From the human T2T-CHM13v2.0 reference genome, Homo sapiens: DNA of 64,000 nucleotides. The number at the start of each line of letters is the position of its first letter. Within the stretch, counting starts at the first letter, position 1. The position numbers and the translations under genes are program-made. Positions 61,690 to 64,000 of this stretch are shown piece after piece. The DNA lies in assembly GCF_009914755.1 (NCBI RefSeq), contig NC_060929.1. One strand, given 5' to 3'. The notes under the pieces were generated by a model, which was not told the DNA's origin, ran no database searches, and saw only the letters and a list, made by a program, of their open reading frames with translations.

Positions 61690-62090
61690 ACATTCAGCAA
61701 ATATTTGAGGGATATTAATTGTTTGGCAATGTTCCAGATATAGAATAGAGCAATGATCAAAACAAACAAAAACTTTTGCTCTGATATAGCTTAAATTTAG
61801 AGTTTGTAGATAGATAATCAATCAATCAATCATATGTCAGGTGGTGATAAATGCCATGAGAGAAACAGAGCAGAGAGGGGATGAGGGAGTATCTGGGAGG
61901 AGAGGGTGAAATTTTAAATAGAATAGGTAGGGAAGGTTTCACTTTCAATGTAACAAAAAAAAAGTAAGTGCAAGCCCTGAAGGGGTGCATGCTTGAGATG
62001 TTGAAAGCAAGGTGACAGGAGGAGAGTGAGCATGGGAGAGCAAGATTGAGAGGTAAAAACGTGTGGGCCAGATTGTGTTGGGGTAATTCA
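61690..62090 (-). mobile_element. L2 3' fragment
   Basis: cattcagcaaatatttgag...ggtggtgataaatgccatgagag. Confidence 0.7.
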
Positions 62091-64000
62091 TCCTCCCATA
62101 ACCCTGTCTACTAGTGATATATCCTACACGCATATATTTATTGGACATCTGTATATTCTCTTCTGTGAATTACCCTCAGGATAAAGTAAAATAATAAGAC
62201 ATATGCCCTCAAGGTGAACCCTTTATTGGAAACTAATGAAATGGTTTGTATGAGGATGCCGAAAGAAAAAGATTCAATGCAGGCTACAAAGAAGAGAGCC
62301 TGAAGGATGCTGTCCAAAGGCTTAGGTTTGACATGTTAATTGTAGTGCTGTAGAGGGTGGGAGGACAGCCCTGGTCGCAGTATGTAAGGGCATGAGACAT
62401 TCTGGGGTAAGGCATATCAGAAGGCAAAAGGGACCAAAAAAACAGAACAGTGACAGCCAGACCAGAAAAGAAACTTCATCTTCTTTAGCACTTTTTTTAT
62501 TAGGAACAGCCTAATAAAAACTTCAACTATCAAAATTAAAGATGACTATTTTAATTGGTTTTCTAATTCTGCAATAGTTTTATAATTGTTTTCCAAAGAA
62601 GCCTTCAGCATTGCCGCATGCCTTCTTTACTCATAGTAAAAATCCTGTTCAACTTGCTATGATTAAAAATGTCTATTATTTCTTAGCATTCAGAAAATGC
62701 TTTAAAAAAATGTCTTTGGGTTTTTCACAACAATCCTCTTTTGCTAAAGTCTGTAACTCAGAAAATATTCATTTTGGGAGGAAAGTCTACAGTAAATGCC
62801 CTTGGGTCAAAGGCCTCTGTCTAGTAGAGTTCTTCTAAATGAAATCCAGTGAAAGCATATTAGCAAGTTTCACAGTTTATCTATGGCTTTCCATCAATTG
62901 TTAGAAAATGGCATTTACATTCCTTAGTCAGTTTAACAAGTGCTTTATTGTTTAGTGATATTTGGACTTCTGACATCTTTAGACCCTTGAGGTTAAAGTC
63001 AAAATACTTTAAACAAAACAGCATTTATTCAAGTCATTCAGGGCTTAAAAAGCATTTTTCTCCAAAGAAAGGGATATTAGTGGTCATTTCCCAACCTTTA
63101 TCCTTAGCATATTATAAATTATAGCTTGTAGAAAACCTCTTGACCAAATATCTTTCAATGGACTATCAGGCCCTTATCAGGAGACTTCTTTGAGAATTTT
63201 TGTAAATCAGGAGCTTAAGAATTCTCATACTATTTCTAGTGGTGATAAGGTGGTGAGAAATACATAAGATTTTTCTGGAGTAAAGGACACTTCCTGAGAA
63301 TATTACAGGAGCTCACAGAAGCAGAATTCACCCAACTAGACCTCCCAGGAACTTTTAATAAAATATTTCATCTGAGCTCTAAATGTGAGCCTACAAGCTT
63401 TAAAGCTGGGAAAGTAGGTTTTGTAACCCCCAACCCTGAAGCTTGTGTGAACCCATACCCATAAACACCCATACACACCCACACACATAAACGACTAGCA
63501 GAGTATTCTGTACTCTATTAAAACTCAAAAATTATTGTCCTTGTCCTATTTAATATATTTTATTAATTACCTGTTTGAGGACTTAGAAGGCATGTCTATA
63601 TCTATGATAACAAGGATAAGAGAGTTTAAATAAAGAATCAAGATTTAGTGAACCATGCGCTAAACCTGATATGATAACATTAAACATGGTTGAATGTAAA
63701 AGCCTGTAATTAGGTCTGAAATATCAACTGCAAATGTGGGGACTAGAGGAGACCTTGTTTAACATAATTCCTATGACAGAGGCATGTAGGTTAGTTAATT
63801 ATAAACTTACTGTATGAAACAATGTGATATGACTGCCAAAATAGGAAACAAATTCCAAGTTAGGCTTCATTAATAAAGAAGAATAGTGTCTTGATCCAAG
63901 AAGGTAATTTTCCTACTTAATGAGAACACATCTAGAGCATTTTGTCTACTTCTTGGTGACATATAAATAGGATATTGAAAACTAGTACCTATTCAGTTCC

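Overview
AT-rich primate (human-like) non-coding DNA, intronic or intergenic. I found no credible host protein-coding exon and cannot name the locus. All long ORFs in the track are LINE-1 fragments, Alu read-throughs or low-complexity artefacts. The window is a layered transposon record: about 13 Alu/FLAM copies, two young 5'-truncated L1PA elements (one with a twin-priming inversion), older L1M, L2 and MIR fragments, solo LTRs (MER61, LTR16A, MLT1, THE1, LTR33, MST, MER39-like, LTR18), DNA transposons (MER30, Tigger3b, Charlie2, MER119) and a 3'-truncated 5S rRNA pseudogene. The structures least explained by routine annotation are: a perfect CpG-rich 13-bp minisatellite inside an LTR18 nested in another LTR; a 225-bp ~91%-identical inverted duplicate of an LTR16A; a tail-to-tail L2 hairpin resembling miR-545/miR-95; an internally inverted Alu next to a fold-back scar; and a compact TEAD/AP-1/RUNX motif cluster. 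Repeat subfamily names come from recalled consensus sequences, not a database search. I see no convincing evidence of a new multi-component biological system.
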